From contig CAWGAA010000002.1 in the NCBI GenBank assembly GCA_963820525.1, positions 448,001-512,000 of the forward strand: a stretch of DNA of 64,000 nt, written 5' to 3'. Each line of letters begins with the position of its first letter. Positions within the stretch are counted from its first letter, which is position 1. Source of the stretch: an uncultured Spirochaetota bacterium (GTDB lineage: Bacteria; Spirochaetota; Spirochaetia; SZUA-6; Fen-1364). This document shows positions 28,828 through 40,641 of the stretch, piece by piece. The position numbers and the translations under genes are program-made. Below the pieces are notes generated by a model that was not told the origin of the DNA, made no database searches, and saw only the letters and a list, made by a program, of their open reading frames with translations.

Positions 28828-31800
28828 GGTGTATCCGGGATTGGTTGTTCTCGGACCTCCTCGACCAACGTGTCCAAGAAAGAAGTGGTGACCTTGTCGG
28901 CAATTTCTACCTGCCCGACTAGCATCAAGAAACGTACTAGATACCTTTGGCCAATAACAAAATCATAGCCCCGACGACTGTAGTAGGGCGCGGGCACAGA
29001 CGTATCCTTGATGTATTGAAACCATCGATCCGGATAGTTCTGCGCAGCGAGTCTGATCCGAGTCATTGTCTCGGTCTCGGATGCGTAAAAACTCTGCCAG
29101 CCATGGCGATAAATGTGGGCATTTACGAGCCAATTATACGCGGCTTCTTTACCCTCGACGGCGAGACATACAAGGAAAGCATCATCGAGGATTTCCTCGG
29201 CGTCGTAGGTCGTCTCACTCGTCTCAAAGTAAGAGCGGATTGAGCTCAGCGCGCGCGATGCCTTGCTCTGGTTTTTCCAACGATGGAGCCACTTCACCAT
29301 GAATTCCCTGCGGCTCCTGTAGTGAACTGCCGCAGCCGCTTTGACGACATCGGCGAAATCCTTATAGCCGAATGATGTGGGGTTAACTTTGGCAGCTTCT
29401 TTCTCCTGTTCGGAAAGCTCTTCTCCGTTCTTCTTGACCTCGTGGCGAGCTTTCGGCGTGCATCCGAGGAAAGAATACTGTCCATTAAGGAGCGCACGGG
29501 CGACAGGTTCTTTGACTGCGCGACCTTCGAGAACGCTCAGAGTACGTTCATCAAGGAATGTGCGGGCTAGCGCAGCACCTTCCCTGGATTCTAGATCCAT
29601 CACCTTCGAGAGTTCGACTAGGCACTCGTCGGCATAGGAATACTCGTCATTTGAGAGGTGGTGTTCGTAAAGGGAGGGTAAGCGTTCAGGAGCAACCTTC
29701 GCCACCACTTCGATGAGCTCTGATCTCACGTAATCCGTCTCATCTCCGTCCGTGAACTCAGTGATCATGTCGATGATTGGGACAAGCGTATCGAGGCGTG
29801 CACGCGTGACAGCCGGGTCTTTCGCGCTCAACTCGGTGATAGCATCGAGTACCTCCATTGCACTGAGGTCTTTTCGCCAGCCATAGCCGACAAGGCATTC
29901 GGCGGCGTGCGATAGAAGCTCAGCCTGTCTTCCGTCCTCATAGAGGAGCGCGAAGTCCGCAAGTTGTGTCCAACGCTCAGAGCGAGCACTGAATTCCGTC
30001 ACCTTTGCTGAAAGAGCTTCCGCCTCGTCGGTCAGAAGCGCCGCTGCACCGTCTTTATCGAGGAGAGGAATCCAATCATCTACGTTGCGTGTCACCCAGA
30101 TTTCGTCCGACCAGTGAGCGGATTTACGCGCCACACATAGCTCCGAGGCGGGCACCTTCGTATTTATGCAGTTGGAAAGACCAAGGAAATGCAGATCGAC
30201 AGCGATGTTTCGGAGAGCCTCGGTGAAAGCCCGATACTGCAAATACTCTCTTTCGGGAGCTGGACCCCACTGAACCGGCTCGATATCCACTCCTTCGGAA
30301 TAGACAGCAGAGAATGTAGGAGCGAGTCTGCTTTCTGCGATTTTCCTCGCTATCTTCTCGAACTTCGCCAGGCCCTGCGGTAGCCATCCCAAATCGTCTT
30401 TGGCCAGACCGGGATGAATGATCGAATAATCGCGGCTGTTCGCGCGGAGCTCGACATACAGTGCGATCCAGAACGAATCGTAGAAGAATGATATAACATC
30501 CTTGCTATCACTAAGTGAATACCGCTCGCGGATCAAGTCGCCAGGCACCGGAGGAATATAGACTTCTAGCTTCGTGTCGCGATCCCGCCATAGAAACCAG
30601 GACGCAGCAAATGGCGAAAGAGGCTCTTTACCGAGAGAGACAAGCTCTCTGACATCCGCTCCTGTAAAACTAGCAACCTGAACCAGCTTGTCGTTGATCA
30701 ATCGACGCGGATCCTTCCATTTGGCTTCACTCAGCGTCTTGCGGATGAGCTGAAGCCCCTTTATATTTTGCGCAGCCCCTAGTAGACGGATGAAGCTAAA
30801 TACATGAGGATCAGGCTTCTTGAAGCCGAGCACGTAGTTTAGCGTACGCCGAACTGTCTCCTCGTCCATTAGCGCACTGACCGAGAGGAGCTGATCCGAA
30901 AGCGTCGTGAACTCATGCTCGGGGCGATGACGCAGAGTAATCCATGTGTTGATGCGGCGAGCCAATTCATCATGGCACGATGGCAAAATCTTCGAGGACA
31001 TTTCACTAGGACTGAGGCGGGCGAGTTCTTTCACTTCGCTGTCAGTCAAGTCGAAGATGTTATCAAGGAGGTTCAGCATCTGCTGGCGGTTGTCGGAGAC
31101 CGCAAGCGCAGTCGCACGATAAGTGGCAAAATCCCTTGATTGAAACTCGCGTGCATTTGATACACGGGTCTTGAGACTGCGTAGGAATACAGTTCGCGGC
31201 AAGTCCCCGTCCTCGAAGACCTTTTTTTCCGCGGAAGCGAGGATGTTTTCGATCTGTTGATCGGGCCAGCCCTTGGCAAAGGATTGTACGACCCAATCCC
31301 TTGTTACGCCTGATAGCAAATCCTTGCAGTTGCCGGATTGCGCCTTGGCAAGCCACACCCAGCCCCACTGCCAGTATTCAGGTGCATCATTCGCAAGCCA
31401 GTTGATAATCTTCGGTAGCAGTGCCTGATAGCTTTCGGCGTGATCCGCCTGCTCTCGTACCCATGCGAAGATACTTGCATGAAAGGGAACCATACCGACA
31501 TTGCGCGGCTCTAAAAGGTGGTCGATCTCGCTGAAATCTCCGAGTACCTGTCTAATACCAAGGCTTGGCCAGAAAAAGGACGATCCAGCGAGCATATGGA
31601 GGGCGTTCTTGGCATCGGCGCTGAGTCGAACCCAGAGTCCCCGATAGTAATCGCGGATATCGCCATCTGGGCACGGTGGGAGCAGTCTGATTTCTTCAGC
31701 TGATATTGGTCGACCTGCGCGTATGAGCCCTTCATATGCGTATATCAAATGCAACGGATGGCCTTGGGAAATATCAAAAAAGGCCTTCGCGACCTCGTCG

Positions 31801-33191
31801 ATCATGCCTTTCCGCTGCTCGGGCGTCGGATCAAACCTGAGGATAAGTGGGCGCGTCTTGTCCTGCTGTACTACCCAGCAATAGACCGCGACCTCGTCCA
31901 TGCGAGGAATCTCAATCCAGTCATCGTCGTTTGCATTCGATAACAGCTTGCTCGGTAATTGCTGGTCGGGGACGCGCTGTGTTCCAACGATAAGGCTTAT
32001 ATTAGGCGGTAATGGGAGGAGCTCGTTGAAGAGGTGGTTGAGTTGGTCGACGCGCTGGGTATCGCGCCACACATGATCGAGCCCATCGACTACTATGTAA
32101 AGTCGCTGTCCATTATCGGCGAGTTTAGCCGCAGCAATCCCAAGGGTGGGCCGTAGCTTATTGACATCTTCCGTAACACCCGCCATGACTTCAGGATGTC
32201 GTACAAAAAGCTGATCTATCAGAGAAGTCGAAATATCGATAAATGAGATACGGTTGGAGCTCGAGTCCTCTGCTGACAAAAAGTAGTGGTGTCGCGTGAT
32301 GGCCGCGCCTTCTTTTTGAAGCTTCAGCGTCAGATAGCTGAGGTAAGTACTCTTTCCGAGTCCTGGTGTTCCCCAAAGGATCGTAATTGGATTGTCATCC
32401 TTCGATATGCGCTCGCGAAAGGATTTGTCGAATACTTTGTTGGGTGGGTTGTAACTATCTGGAACGGAAAAGTCTTGTCGAATTGATTGCGGTCGGCGTT
32501 TCGTTATCAGTTGTGCAATATGCTCCCGCAGGATATGTCCATCTGGCTCTGGCAGGTTTTTGTACATTGCCCAACGCCTTACGTTGTGGCAGAAAGCTAT
32601 CCAGCCTAGCGAATCTGTATCCGTCGGAACGAGTTGATCGCGCAAATAGTTTTCGTATCTGTCAAGGTCCAGCATGCCTCCAAAGAAATCGAAGGTACGC
32701 AAGAAAACTCTGGCCTCGGCGATACCTCCGCATGCGCTCTCAACTGATTCTCGAATTTCCTTTGGCAAGAGGTCAATGTCAATATGTGAACCCTTTAGGC
32801 ACTTGGCGAACGCCGCAGAGGGTTTGCGGTTAGTCTTGAGGCCTGCACTATGGATTGGGCCCATCGTGGCGAGACGGGCGAGAGACTTCGCCCACTTCTC
32901 GAGCATCGAGGTCCCATTTTTTGTCTTCTCGAGAAGCCAGTCCCAACCTAGCTCGTTACGGTCTGAGTCGACCGTGAACTTGACCTGGAAGAGATCGTAT
33001 GACCCGTCCTTGCGTGCTGCAACAACGTCGTCGAGCGCTCGGAAACGAGTATCATCTGCTTCAAGTAGCACCCATGCATAAAGCTCCGGGTCTCGATACT
33101 GACGAATAAGTATGTCGATGCCAACGAGGTCTTGGTATTCATAACCGGCTCTTGGCATCGAGGCGGGCTTTATCCGGACTTTTGCCTTCAC
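28815..33191 (-). CDS. Cap4-like PD-(D/E)xK nuclease fused to a STAND/NACHT NTPase and a long helical C-terminus (Avs-like anti-phage protein)
   Basis: N-terminal GYEYQD...LDDVV...FQVKF; Walker A GTPGLGKST; Walker B IVVDGLD; STAND GxP motif GHPL; adjacent to a type I R-M locus. Confidence 0.8.
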   Translation of the reverse strand: MKAKVRIKPASMPRAGYEYQDLVGIDILIRQYRDPELYAWVLLEADDTRFRALDDVVAARKDGSYDLFQVKFTVDSDRNELGWDWLLEKTKNGTSMLEKWAKSLARLATMGPIHSAGLKTNRKPSAAFAKCLKGSHIDIDLLPKEIRESVESACGGIAEARVFLRTFDFFGGMLDLDRYENYLRDQLVPTDTDSLGWIAFCHNVRRWAMYKNLPEPDGHILREHIAQLITKRRPQSIRQDFSVPDSYNPPNKVFDKSFRERISKDDNPITILWGTPGLGKSTYLSYLTLKLQKEGAAITRHHYFLSAEDSSSNRISFIDISTSLIDQLFVRHPEVMAGVTEDVNKLRPTLGIAAAKLADNGQRLYIVVDGLDHVWRDTQRVDQLNHLFNELLPLPPNISLIVGTQRVPDQQLPSKLLSNANDDDWIEIPRMDEVAVYCWVVQQDKTRPLILRFDPTPEQRKGMIDEVAKAFFDISQGHPLHLIYAYEGLIRAGRPISAEEIRLLPPCPDGDIRDYYRGLWVRLSADAKNALHMLAGSSFFWPSLGIRQVLGDFSEIDHLLEPRNVGMVPFHASIFAWVREQADHAESYQALLPKIINWLANDAPEYWQWGWVWLAKAQSGNCKDLLSGVTRDWVVQSFAKGWPDQQIENILASAEKKVFEDGDLPRTVFLRSLKTRVSNAREFQSRDFATYRATALAVSDNRQQMLNLLDNIFDLTDSEVKELARLSPSEMSSKILPSCHDELARRINTWITLRHRPEHEFTTLSDQLLSVSALMDEETVRRTLNYVLGFKKPDPHVFSFIRLLGAAQNIKGLQLIRKTLSEAKWKDPRRLINDKLVQVASFTGADVRELVSLGKEPLSPFAASWFLWRDRDTKLEVYIPPVPGDLIRERYSLSDSKDVISFFYDSFWIALYVELRANSRDYSIIHPGLAKDDLGWLPQGLAKFEKIARKIAESRLAPTFSAVYSEGVDIEPVQWGPAPEREYLQYRAFTEALRNIAVDLHFLGLSNCINTKVPASELCVARKSAHWSDEIWVTRNVDDWIPLLDKDGAAALLTDEAEALSAKVTEFSARSERWTQLADFALLYEDGRQAELLSHAAECLVGYGWRKDLSAMEVLDAITELSAKDPAVTRARLDTLVPIIDMITEFTDGDETDYVRSELIEVVAKVAPERLPSLYEHHLSNDEYSYADECLVELSKVMDLESREGAALARTFLDERTLSVLEGRAVKEPVARALLNGQYSFLGCTPKARHEVKKNGEELSEQEKEAAKVNPTSFGYKDFADVVKAAAAVHYRSRREFMVKWLHRWKNQSKASRALSSIRSYFETSETTYDAEEILDDAFLVCLAVEGKEAAYNWLVNAHIYRHGWQSFYASETETMTRIRLAAQNYPDRWFQYIKDTSVPAPYYSRRGYDFVIGQRYLVRFLMLVGQVEIADKVTTSFLDTLVEEVREQPIPDTPWFR

Positions 33192-33301
33192 GGTGCATTA
33201 CCTCAACAATATGCTACTGCCGGTTCTTTAAGAATCCCTATTCCCCAAGAGTTTCATAAAGAAGGGCTTGTCCCTCGCCTTCGCGTCCACTCCGCCCTTT
33301 A

Positions 33302-36300
33302 TCAGGCTACCGCCCATTCCTCGGACAACACTGCCGCCTGCTCCAATACAGTCTCGGTAGCTTTCTCCTGCTTGTCCGGCGGGTATCCGTATTTACGGAG
33401 GATTCTTTTCACCTGAACCCTGAGCTGGGCTCTGACATTTTCCCGTACGGTCCAATCGATGGTGACGTTTTTTCGGACATTGACTACCAACTCTCGGGCG
33501 ATCTTTTTCAAAGTGGGTTCGCCCAGGACCTTCACCGCGCTATCATTCGTCTCAAGGGCGTCATAGAAGGCCAATTCATCCTCGTTCAGCCCAAGATCGA
33601 CGCCCCGCGCGCTGGCCGCGTTCATCTCCTTGGCCAGACCGATCAACTCTTCGATCACCTGCGCGGTCTCGATGGCCCGGTTCTGATACTTCCTTAAAGC
33701 GTTCTGGAGCATCTCCGCGAAAGACCGTGCAATAACGACGTTCTTCTTAAACCGTGTCTTGATCTCGCCGGACAAAAGCTTGCGCAACATCTCCACGGCG
33801 AGGTTCTTCTGCGGCATGCCCCGGACTTCCTCAAGGAATTTGTCGGAGAGGATCGAGATTTCCGGCTTCTTCAAGCCCGCCATAGCAAAGATGTCCATCA
33901 CGCTGTCCGAAGAAATGGCGTTGGAGACGATCTGCCGGATTGCATGCTCAAGCTCTTCGTCGCTCTTGCTTTCCCCCTCGGCGCCCTTTGCCAGCACGGC
34001 GCGTACCGCCTGGAAGAAGCCAACGTCATCACGGATGCGCAGGGCTTCCTCGTGCGGCACGGCGAGCGCGAATGCCTGCGAAAGCTCAGTGACGGCGCTC
34101 ATCAAGCGCTTTTTCCCGTCTTTTTGTGCAAGGATGTGTTCCTGGGCTATTGGCACAAGCCCAACACGCTCCGCGGGCGTTCCTTTTACCCAGGGCGACC
34201 GGTCAAAGCCGTGGAAGAGCCCGAGGCAGACCTCGTACTTTTCAAGCATTATGGAGACGGCCTCGGCTTGATCAACCGCCGTGGTCCCCGTCCCGCCGCT
34301 TTCCGTGTAGATGGCCATGGCGTTCTTCAGCTCATCGGCAAGCCCGATGTAATCCACGATAAGCCCGCCCGGTTTGTCGCGGAAAACGCGGTTTACCCGT
34401 GCAATGGCCTGCATGAGGCCGTGCCCGCGCATCGGTTTGTCCACGTACATGGTGTGGAGACTCGGCGCATCGAATCCCGTCAACCACATGTCCCGCACGA
34501 TGACGATCCGAAGAGGGTCCCTTGCATCGCGGAATCGCTTGGCCAGCGCCTCCCGCCGGGGTTTGTTCCGAATGTGGTCCTGCCATTCAAGCGGATCCGA
34601 GGCGGAACCAGTCATCACGACCTTGATTTCTCCCTCTTCGTCTGTCCCCTGATGCCATTGAGGGCGCAGGGCCGTGATCTCCCTGTATAGTTCCACGCAG
34701 ATCCGGCGGCTCATGCAGACGATCATGGCCTTGCCTTCCATGGCGGCATTCCGCTCTTCGCAGTGCTTCACGATGTCACGCGCGATCAGCTTGAGCCGGT
34801 TCTCCGCGCCTACAAGGGCTTCCAGCCGGGACCACTGGCTTTTCAGCTTCTCCTTGCGCTCGACCTCTTCGCCCTCAGTCACCTCTTCGAACTTTGGATC
34901 GATGCGCGGCTTTTCCGCTTCCTTCAATTCGAGCTTGGCGAGCCGTCCTTCGTAGTAGATGGGCACCGTGGCGCCGTCCGCGACGGCCTTCCGTATATCG
35001 TAGATCGAGATGTAATCCCCGAAGACCTGACGCGTGTTCGCATCGACCTTCTCTATCGGAGTCCCCGTGAAGCCTATAAATGACGCGTTGGGCAGCGCGT
35101 CGTGCATGTGACGAGCGAATCCGTCTATGAAATCGTACTGGCTGCGATGAGCCTCATCCGCTATCACAACGATGTTTCGCCTCTCGGAGAGCGCCTTTCC
35201 GTCACCGCCCTCCTCTGGTACGAACTTCTGGATGGTCGTGAACACCACCCCGCCGCCGCCGACCCGGAGGCGCTCCCGCAGGTCAGCCCGGTTCTGGGCC
35301 TGTACGGGCTCCTGTCGCAGGCTGTCGCGGCATCTGGCGAATGTGCCAAATAGCTGATCATCGAGATCGTTGCGGTCCGTAATGACTATGATGGTTGGAT
35401 TCTCCATGGCGGCGTGGAGGATCGCCCGCCCGGCATAGAAAACCATGGTGAGACTCTTGCCGGAGCCCTGTGTGTGCCATACCACCCCGATGCGGCGGTC
35501 ACCCGCTGCGTCCTTCCCACCGGCCTGTGCAGGGCCTGACGCACGCAGGGTCTGCTCGATTGCGGCGTTCACCGCGTGGAACTGGTGGTAGCCGGCCATC
35601 TTCTTGGAAAGCGCGCCGCCCCCGAAGTCTTCAAAGACGATGAAGTAGCGGATCAGATCGCAAAGCCTTTCCTTGTGGAGGACACCCTCAAGCGTAATAT
35701 GCAGCTCAGGCAGTTCCGGCGGGTTTTCTTCCTGGCCCGTTATGGTCCTCCAAGGTTTGAACCACTCTTTCCCGGCCCCCACAGTGCCGATCCTTGCCAG
35801 CATGCCGTCGGATGCGATCATCGCCACGTTGTATGTAAATAGGGACGGTATCTGCGCCTGATAGGTCTTCAGCTGATTATAGGCCGTCCAGATTGTGGCA
35901 TTCTCATCCGCGAGGTTCTTCAACTCTATGACTATCAAAGGCAGGCCATTCACAAAAAGGACTATGTCCGGGCGACGTTCGATCTTTCCCTCTACCACCG
36001 TGAACTGGTTTACCGCCAGCCAGTCGTTGGCGTCCACATCCTTAAAGTCGATCACCCACGCCTGCGCCCCGGCTATTGATCCGTCCTTGCGTCGATACTC
36101 TACCGGCGCACCGTCCACGAGCATCCGATGCAAAGCGCGGTTCCTCTCCAAGAGTGAAGGGACGTCTATCCGAGTGATCTTGCGAAAGGCATCTTCAAGG
36201 GCTTCAGGAGGGAGCGACGGGTTCAGCCGCGTAAGCGCATCCCGCAGCCGGCGCTCAAGCACCACGTCCCGGTAGGTGGGATCACACCGTTCCGCGGCAG

Positions 36301-36406
36301 GCATTCCCACGGCAATGTCGGGACCATGGAGAACCGTGTAGCCTATACCCTCAAACCAGTCCAGCGCAGCTTCTTCTACTACCGATTCGGTGAAGGCATT
36401 CGGCAT
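33302..36406 (-). CDS. hsdR: Type I restriction endonuclease subunit R
   Basis: [56 protein letters not shown]. Confidence 0.97.
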   Translation of the reverse strand: MPNAFTESVVEEAALDWFEGIGYTVLHGPDIAVGMPAAERCDPTYRDVVLERRLRDALTRLNPSLPPEALEDAFRKITRIDVPSLLERNRALHRMLVDGAPVEYRRKDGSIAGAQAWVIDFKDVDANDWLAVNQFTVVEGKIERRPDIVLFVNGLPLIVIELKNLADENATIWTAYNQLKTYQAQIPSLFTYNVAMIASDGMLARIGTVGAGKEWFKPWRTITGQEENPPELPELHITLEGVLHKERLCDLIRYFIVFEDFGGGALSKKMAGYHQFHAVNAAIEQTLRASGPAQAGGKDAAGDRRIGVVWHTQGSGKSLTMVFYAGRAILHAAMENPTIIVITDRNDLDDQLFGTFARCRDSLRQEPVQAQNRADLRERLRVGGGGVVFTTIQKFVPEEGGDGKALSERRNIVVIADEAHRSQYDFIDGFARHMHDALPNASFIGFTGTPIEKVDANTRQVFGDYISIYDIRKAVADGATVPIYYEGRLAKLELKEAEKPRIDPKFEEVTEGEEVERKEKLKSQWSRLEALVGAENRLKLIARDIVKHCEERNAAMEGKAMIVCMSRRICVELYREITALRPQWHQGTDEEGEIKVVMTGSASDPLEWQDHIRNKPRREALAKRFRDARDPLRIVIVRDMWLTGFDAPSLHTMYVDKPMRGHGLMQAIARVNRVFRDKPGGLIVDYIGLADELKNAMAIYTESGGTGTTAVDQAEAVSIMLEKYEVCLGLFHGFDRSPWVKGTPAERVGLVPIAQEHILAQKDGKKRLMSAVTELSQAFALAVPHEEALRIRDDVGFFQAVRAVLAKGAEGESKSDEELEHAIRQIVSNAISSDSVMDIFAMAGLKKPEISILSDKFLEEVRGMPQKNLAVEMLRKLLSGEIKTRFKKNVVIARSFAEMLQNALRKYQNRAIETAQVIEELIGLAKEMNAASARGVDLGLNEDELAFYDALETNDSAVKVLGEPTLKKIARELVVNVRKNVTIDWTVRENVRAQLRVQVKRILRKYGYPPDKQEKATETVLEQAAVLSEEWAVA

Positions 36407-37648
36407 CTACATTCTCCTTGCGATGAACTTCTCCGCGTCTTTGATGCGAAGCTCGCCCGAGATGAGCTTTGGCAATAGAGTATCGCGTAGCGTTGAGAGT
36501 GTACGTGACTGCGCGAAATTCATAAGTATTTTTTTTAAAATTGGTTCACCGAATAAATTAAATTTGTCTATCATTGCCTTAGGAGGAATTATTACTGGTA
36601 TTGAGAGAATTCCAGCAGCACTAACATTAGCCTGCGCTGTTCCGTACGATCTAATTTTTACTTTTACCTTGAAACCAGTATCGCGCGTTAAGCAATACAA
36701 AAAACTTAGTGCAGAAGTGCCTGGTCTCTCTAGAACAAATTTTGCCACACGTTGGTTTAGCAATGGCGGATTCTCTGTTGGAGGTACGAGTCCTACCTCT
36801 CCGACATAGCCAGTCATGCCGATGAGCAGATCTGCTGTATTCAATCGATATCGTTTTGCTTCGCCAGCTACTTCGTTTGATACGAAGCTGACTTCGTTCA
36901 GATCAACGACACCAGGCTTTACAGATCCAATTTTAACTACTGGCACCCCCTTTTCGACCCAATCTCTGCTTTTAAAAGCGTAGCCGCATAGAAGATTTGC
37001 GATATCACCGAGCACGCCCTCTCGCCAATCTTCGGGTAACCCATCTTGCGCTGGATCCACGAACCACGACTTGAAGAGTACTTGCGCCATCGCCTCTAGC
37101 GTTTCGTTCATCCGCCGGTTTAGCTCGATCTTGTCGTCCAGCGTGCCGAGGATGTGGGCGATGGCTGTTTGATCTGCCAAAGCCGGATGGGGTACATACA
37201 GTCTAGACAAGTCGCTGCCTCGAATTCCTGCTGCAGCAACCTGTTCAACGATACTGTTAATAGCTGCTCTACCGCTGGGTGACCGAAAAAAGTAGTAATA
37301 GAACAGTGGGTCGGCGATCTGACGATTCATTCTTGCTCTGATTAAGTGACCTTCATATGTGACCGGTTCCTTGGACCCAATGAATATGGAGCACTTTCCA
37401 GCGCCCTCAAGTACAAGTGACTGTCGTGCAAATAGCAAGTCACCACTTTTTAGGAAGTACTTATTACCTTCAGCTTCTGAGACGGCGACGCGGTCCATAG
37501 GGACATCCATTATTCGTGGGTGGGCAAACAGTTCGCCCATATTCACCATCTTATATCCCTGCCCACGTTCTCTTGCCGGACGCGTCAGTCCGTTCCTTAG
37601 TGGTTCATCAAGCAGCTGTACAAACTGGTGTTTTGAACTATCCCCCAT
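36407..37648 (-). CDS. hsdS: Type I R-M specificity subunit S
   Basis: Two TRDs with conserved [25 protein letters not shown] and [14 protein letters not shown]. Confidence 0.95.
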   Translation of the reverse strand: MGDSSKHQFVQLLDEPLRNGLTRPARERGQGYKMVNMGELFAHPRIMDVPMDRVAVSEAEGNKYFLKSGDLLFARQSLVLEGAGKCSIFIGSKEPVTYEGHLIRARMNRQIADPLFYYYFFRSPSGRAAINSIVEQVAAAGIRGSDLSRLYVPHPALADQTAIAHILGTLDDKIELNRRMNETLEAMAQVLFKSWFVDPAQDGLPEDWREGVLGDIANLLCGYAFKSRDWVEKGVPVVKIGSVKPGVVDLNEVSFVSNEVAGEAKRYRLNTADLLIGMTGYVGEVGLVPPTENPPLLNQRVAKFVLERPGTSALSFLYCLTRDTGFKVKVKIRSYGTAQANVSAAGILSIPVIIPPKAMIDKFNLFGEPILKKILMNFAQSRTLSTLRDTLLPKLISGELRIKDAEKFIARRM

Positions 37649-37855
37649 ACCCCAACTCCTTCAAGTTGGCGTTTATCGCTGCATCCAGTTTCTTGGCCTG
37701 CGCCTGCTGTTCCTTGAGGGTTGCGGCCAGCCGCTTCATTTTCTTATCGAAGGGCTCGTCGTCTTCCTCCGCGGCCTCAGCGCCGACGTACCGGCCGGGG
37801 GTGAGTATGTGGCCATGCTTCCTGACGTCGTCTAGTGTAGTGCGTCACAAATCTA

Positions 37856-37884
37856 TTGACATATGTCTCGCTTCCTTGTATACT
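37856..37884 (+). promoter_or_regulatory. Near-consensus sigma70 promoter of the IS630 transposase
   Basis: TTGACA-17 bp-TATACT, 9 bp before ATG 37894. Confidence 0.7.
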
Positions 37885-37893
37885 ACCCTTGAA

Positions 37894-38961
37894 ATGAGCA
37901 GGAAAGCCCAAGCGATTATACTCTGCGAAGCCGAGCGCGGGACGCTGGACACGTGGAAACACAGTAGAAGTCTCCCTCACCGGCAGGTGATTCGCGCACA
38001 GATCATCACACGAGCGGCTGATGGCCAAGACAGTCAGGACATCGCCAGGGCTTTGCACGTGTCACGTCCCACGGTTCAGCTTTGGCGTCAGCGATTTCTC
38101 GCCCTGCGCGTGGAGGGTTTGCTGAAGGACGCGCCCCGGCCGGGAAGAAATCCCCGCATCTCAGCAGGAAAAATCAAGAAAGTGGTAGAGGCAACCTTGC
38201 ACAGTACTCCCGCAAACGCCACCCATTGGAGTACGCGGAGCATGGCCAGAGCACAGAAACTCTCCGAAGCCAGTATTCGCCGCATCTGGAAACAACACAA
38301 TCTCAAACCCCATCTGGTGGAAACGTTCAAACTCAGTCGTGATAAAAACTTCGTGGAGAAGCTGAAGGACGTAGTCGGACTGTATCTGAATCCACCGGAT
38401 AAGGCTCTTGTATTATGTGTGGATGAAAAGAGCCAGATTCAAGCGCTCGACCGAACCCAGCCGCTGTTGCCCATGCGGCCGGGTGTTCCAGCTCGTCAGT
38501 CGCACGACTATAAACGCAACGGCACGACAACGTTGTTCGCCGCTCTGAGCATGCTGGATGGACGGGTCATCGGTGATTGCATGCCACGGCATCGGCATCA
38601 GGAGTTCATCCGGTTTCTGAAAAAAATCGATGTCGAGACACCACCAGAATTGGAGCTTCACCTGATCGTGGACAACTACGGGACTCACAAACATGCTCGG
38701 GTGAAAGCATGGATTCAACGCCACCCCCGCTACCATCTGCATTTCATCCCGACGTCTAGTTCGTGGTTGAATATGGTCGAACGCTGGTTTCGTGAGATAA
38801 CCGATAAAAGAATTCGTCGTGGGACTTTCCCCAACGTCCAGACTCTGATTGCGGCTATTAAGCAGTACCTTGAGAATCACAATCAAAACCCGCAAGCCTT
38901 CGTCTGGAGTGCCCCGGTTGAGCGCATCCTCGCCAAAATCGCCAAATGTAAAGAAGCGTGA
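37894..38961 (+). CDS. IS630 family DDE transposase (355 aa)
   Basis: HTH, PRPGR, WSTRSMA, VDEKSQIQAL, IVDNYGTH, SSWLNMVERWF. Confidence 0.95.
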   Translation: MSRKAQAIILCEAERGTLDTWKHSRSLPHRQVIRAQIITRAADGQDSQDIARALHVSRPTVQLWRQRFLALRVEGLLKDAPRPGRNPRISAGKIKKVVEATLHSTPANATHWSTRSMARAQKLSEASIRRIWKQHNLKPHLVETFKLSRDKNFVEKLKDVVGLYLNPPDKALVLCVDEKSQIQALDRTQPLLPMRPGVPARQSHDYKRNGTTTLFAALSMLDGRVIGDCMPRHRHQEFIRFLKKIDVETPPELELHLIVDNYGTHKHARVKAWIQRHPRYHLHFIPTSSSWLNMVERWFREITDKRIRRGTFPNVQTLIAAIKQYLENHNQNPQAFVWSAPVERILAKIAKCKEA

Positions 38962-39211
38962 GACGCACTACACTAGTTTCACCGCGGCACAGAAGCCAGG
39001 CACGTCCTTGTACTTTTCTTTTGTACTCTTGTCCCCGCGCCAGGCATGATAGGCGCCGGCGATCTTTGCTATGTCCTCGTCGGTCAGCTCCCGATGCACT
39101 CGGTCGATCATCGTCCCCATCTTTCGGGCATCGATGAAAAGGATCTCACCGCGCCGATCGCGGAAGCGGTGGTTCTTTTTGTCGCGTGCAAGGAACCAGA
39201 GGCAAACGGGT

Positions 39212-39242
<31 letters not shown>

Positions 39243-40450
39243 GCGCGACCATGCAGTCGACCAAATCGGCCTCGATGATGTTTTTCCTGATTTCCCCCTC
39301 GCCAGATTGGTTGGAGGACATCGAGCCATTAGCCAGTACAAAGCCTGCGGTTCCATTTGGCGACAGGTGATGGATGAAATGCTGGACCCAGGCGAAGTTG
39401 GCATTCCCGGCAGGCGGCACGCCGAACTTCCACCGCTTGTCGTCCTTCAGTTGATCCCCCCGCCAATCGCTGTCGTTGAAGGGAGGATTCGCCATGACGA
39501 AGTCTGCCTTCAGATCCGGGTGCTGATCGTTGTGGAAGCTGTCTCCATGGGCGATCTGGGCGTCTATCCCGCGGATGGCGAGGTTCATCTTGGACAGTCG
39601 CCAAGTGGTATAGTTGGACTCTTGCCCGTAGATGGCGATGTCCCCGATGCGGCCGCTGTGCGCCTCTATGAACTTCTCGCTGTTGACGAACATGCCGCCG
39701 GATCCGCAACAGGGGTCATAGACTCTTCCTTTATATGGGGCAAGGATTTCGACAAGCACACGGACGACCCTTGAGGGCGTATAGAATTGGCCGCCCTTCT
39801 TGCCTTCGGCGCTTGCGAACTGGGAGAGGAAGTACTCGTAGACCCGACCGAGAATGTCTTTTGCCCTATCCGCGGGGCTACCTAGGCCGATGTCGCTGAC
39901 TAGGTTTATGATCTGGCCCAATCGGACCTTGTCCAATCCGGGGCGGGCGTATTCCTTCGGAAGCACACCTTTCAGCGAGGGATTGTCCCGCTCGATGGCG
40001 GTCATGGCATCGTCCACGAGTTTTCCTATGGTGGCCTGGGGGGCTTTCGCTTTCAACGTGGACCAGCGCGCCTCCTCCGGCACCCAGAAGATGTTCACCG
40101 CGCGGTATTCGTCGGGATCCTCGGGATCAGCTCCTTCTGCTTTTGCTGCGGTGAGTTTTTCGTGCTGGGATTCGAACGCATCGCTTATGTATTTGAGAAA
40201 GATAAGGCCGAGTAAAACGTGTTTATACTCAGCAGCGTCCATGTTGTTCCGGAGGGCATCCGCAGATGCCCAGAGCTTGGCTTCCAGCCCATTTGTGGCA
40301 GATTCGTCTTTCTTGGCAGCTTTTTTTGCCATTATGTCCTCGATGAGTGCCGTATCAAAGTGCTCTAAAGATAACCTCATTGTGATTACGTCGCAAGCCG
40401 CAGGAAGGTAAGTTCGTCATCAGAAGAAAATGAAGTCAGCCGATTCCAAT

Positions 40451-40641
40451 GCGTGAGGGGGCGAAGCGGAAAGCCCGGAGGCGCACCGCATAGGATAATG
40501 TTTTCACTTTTTAGGCGGAGCCGATACATAGTAAAGTGAAGTCATGCGCCGAGGACTTGCAGCGGAGCACCCGACCCCTCACCCTGGCGCAGAGACTGGC
40601 CTGAACAGTAAGAATCGGAAGCAGGGTGAGGGGGCACGCCC
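40451..40641 (+). ncRNA. Structured element, copy 2 (Flavo-1-like)
   Basis: Conserved blocks 32/34 and 31/33 identical to copy 1; a different-sequence perfect 12-bp stem at 40575-40586/40622-40633; inner ttcacttt/aaagtgaa stem. Confidence 0.6.

Larger units (their letters stand above)
37835..38973 (+). mobile_element. IS630-family insertion sequence
   Basis: Terminal IRs gtgtagtgcgtc / gacgcactacac; duplicated TA (37833-37834, 38974-38975) in a CTAG target. Confidence 0.95.

Noticed and set aside
37516..37893. 126-aa N-terminal extension on the IS630 transposase ORF
   Set aside because: It extends beyond the IS left end into antisense hsdS/hsdM; the promoter and ATG at 37894 define the real start.
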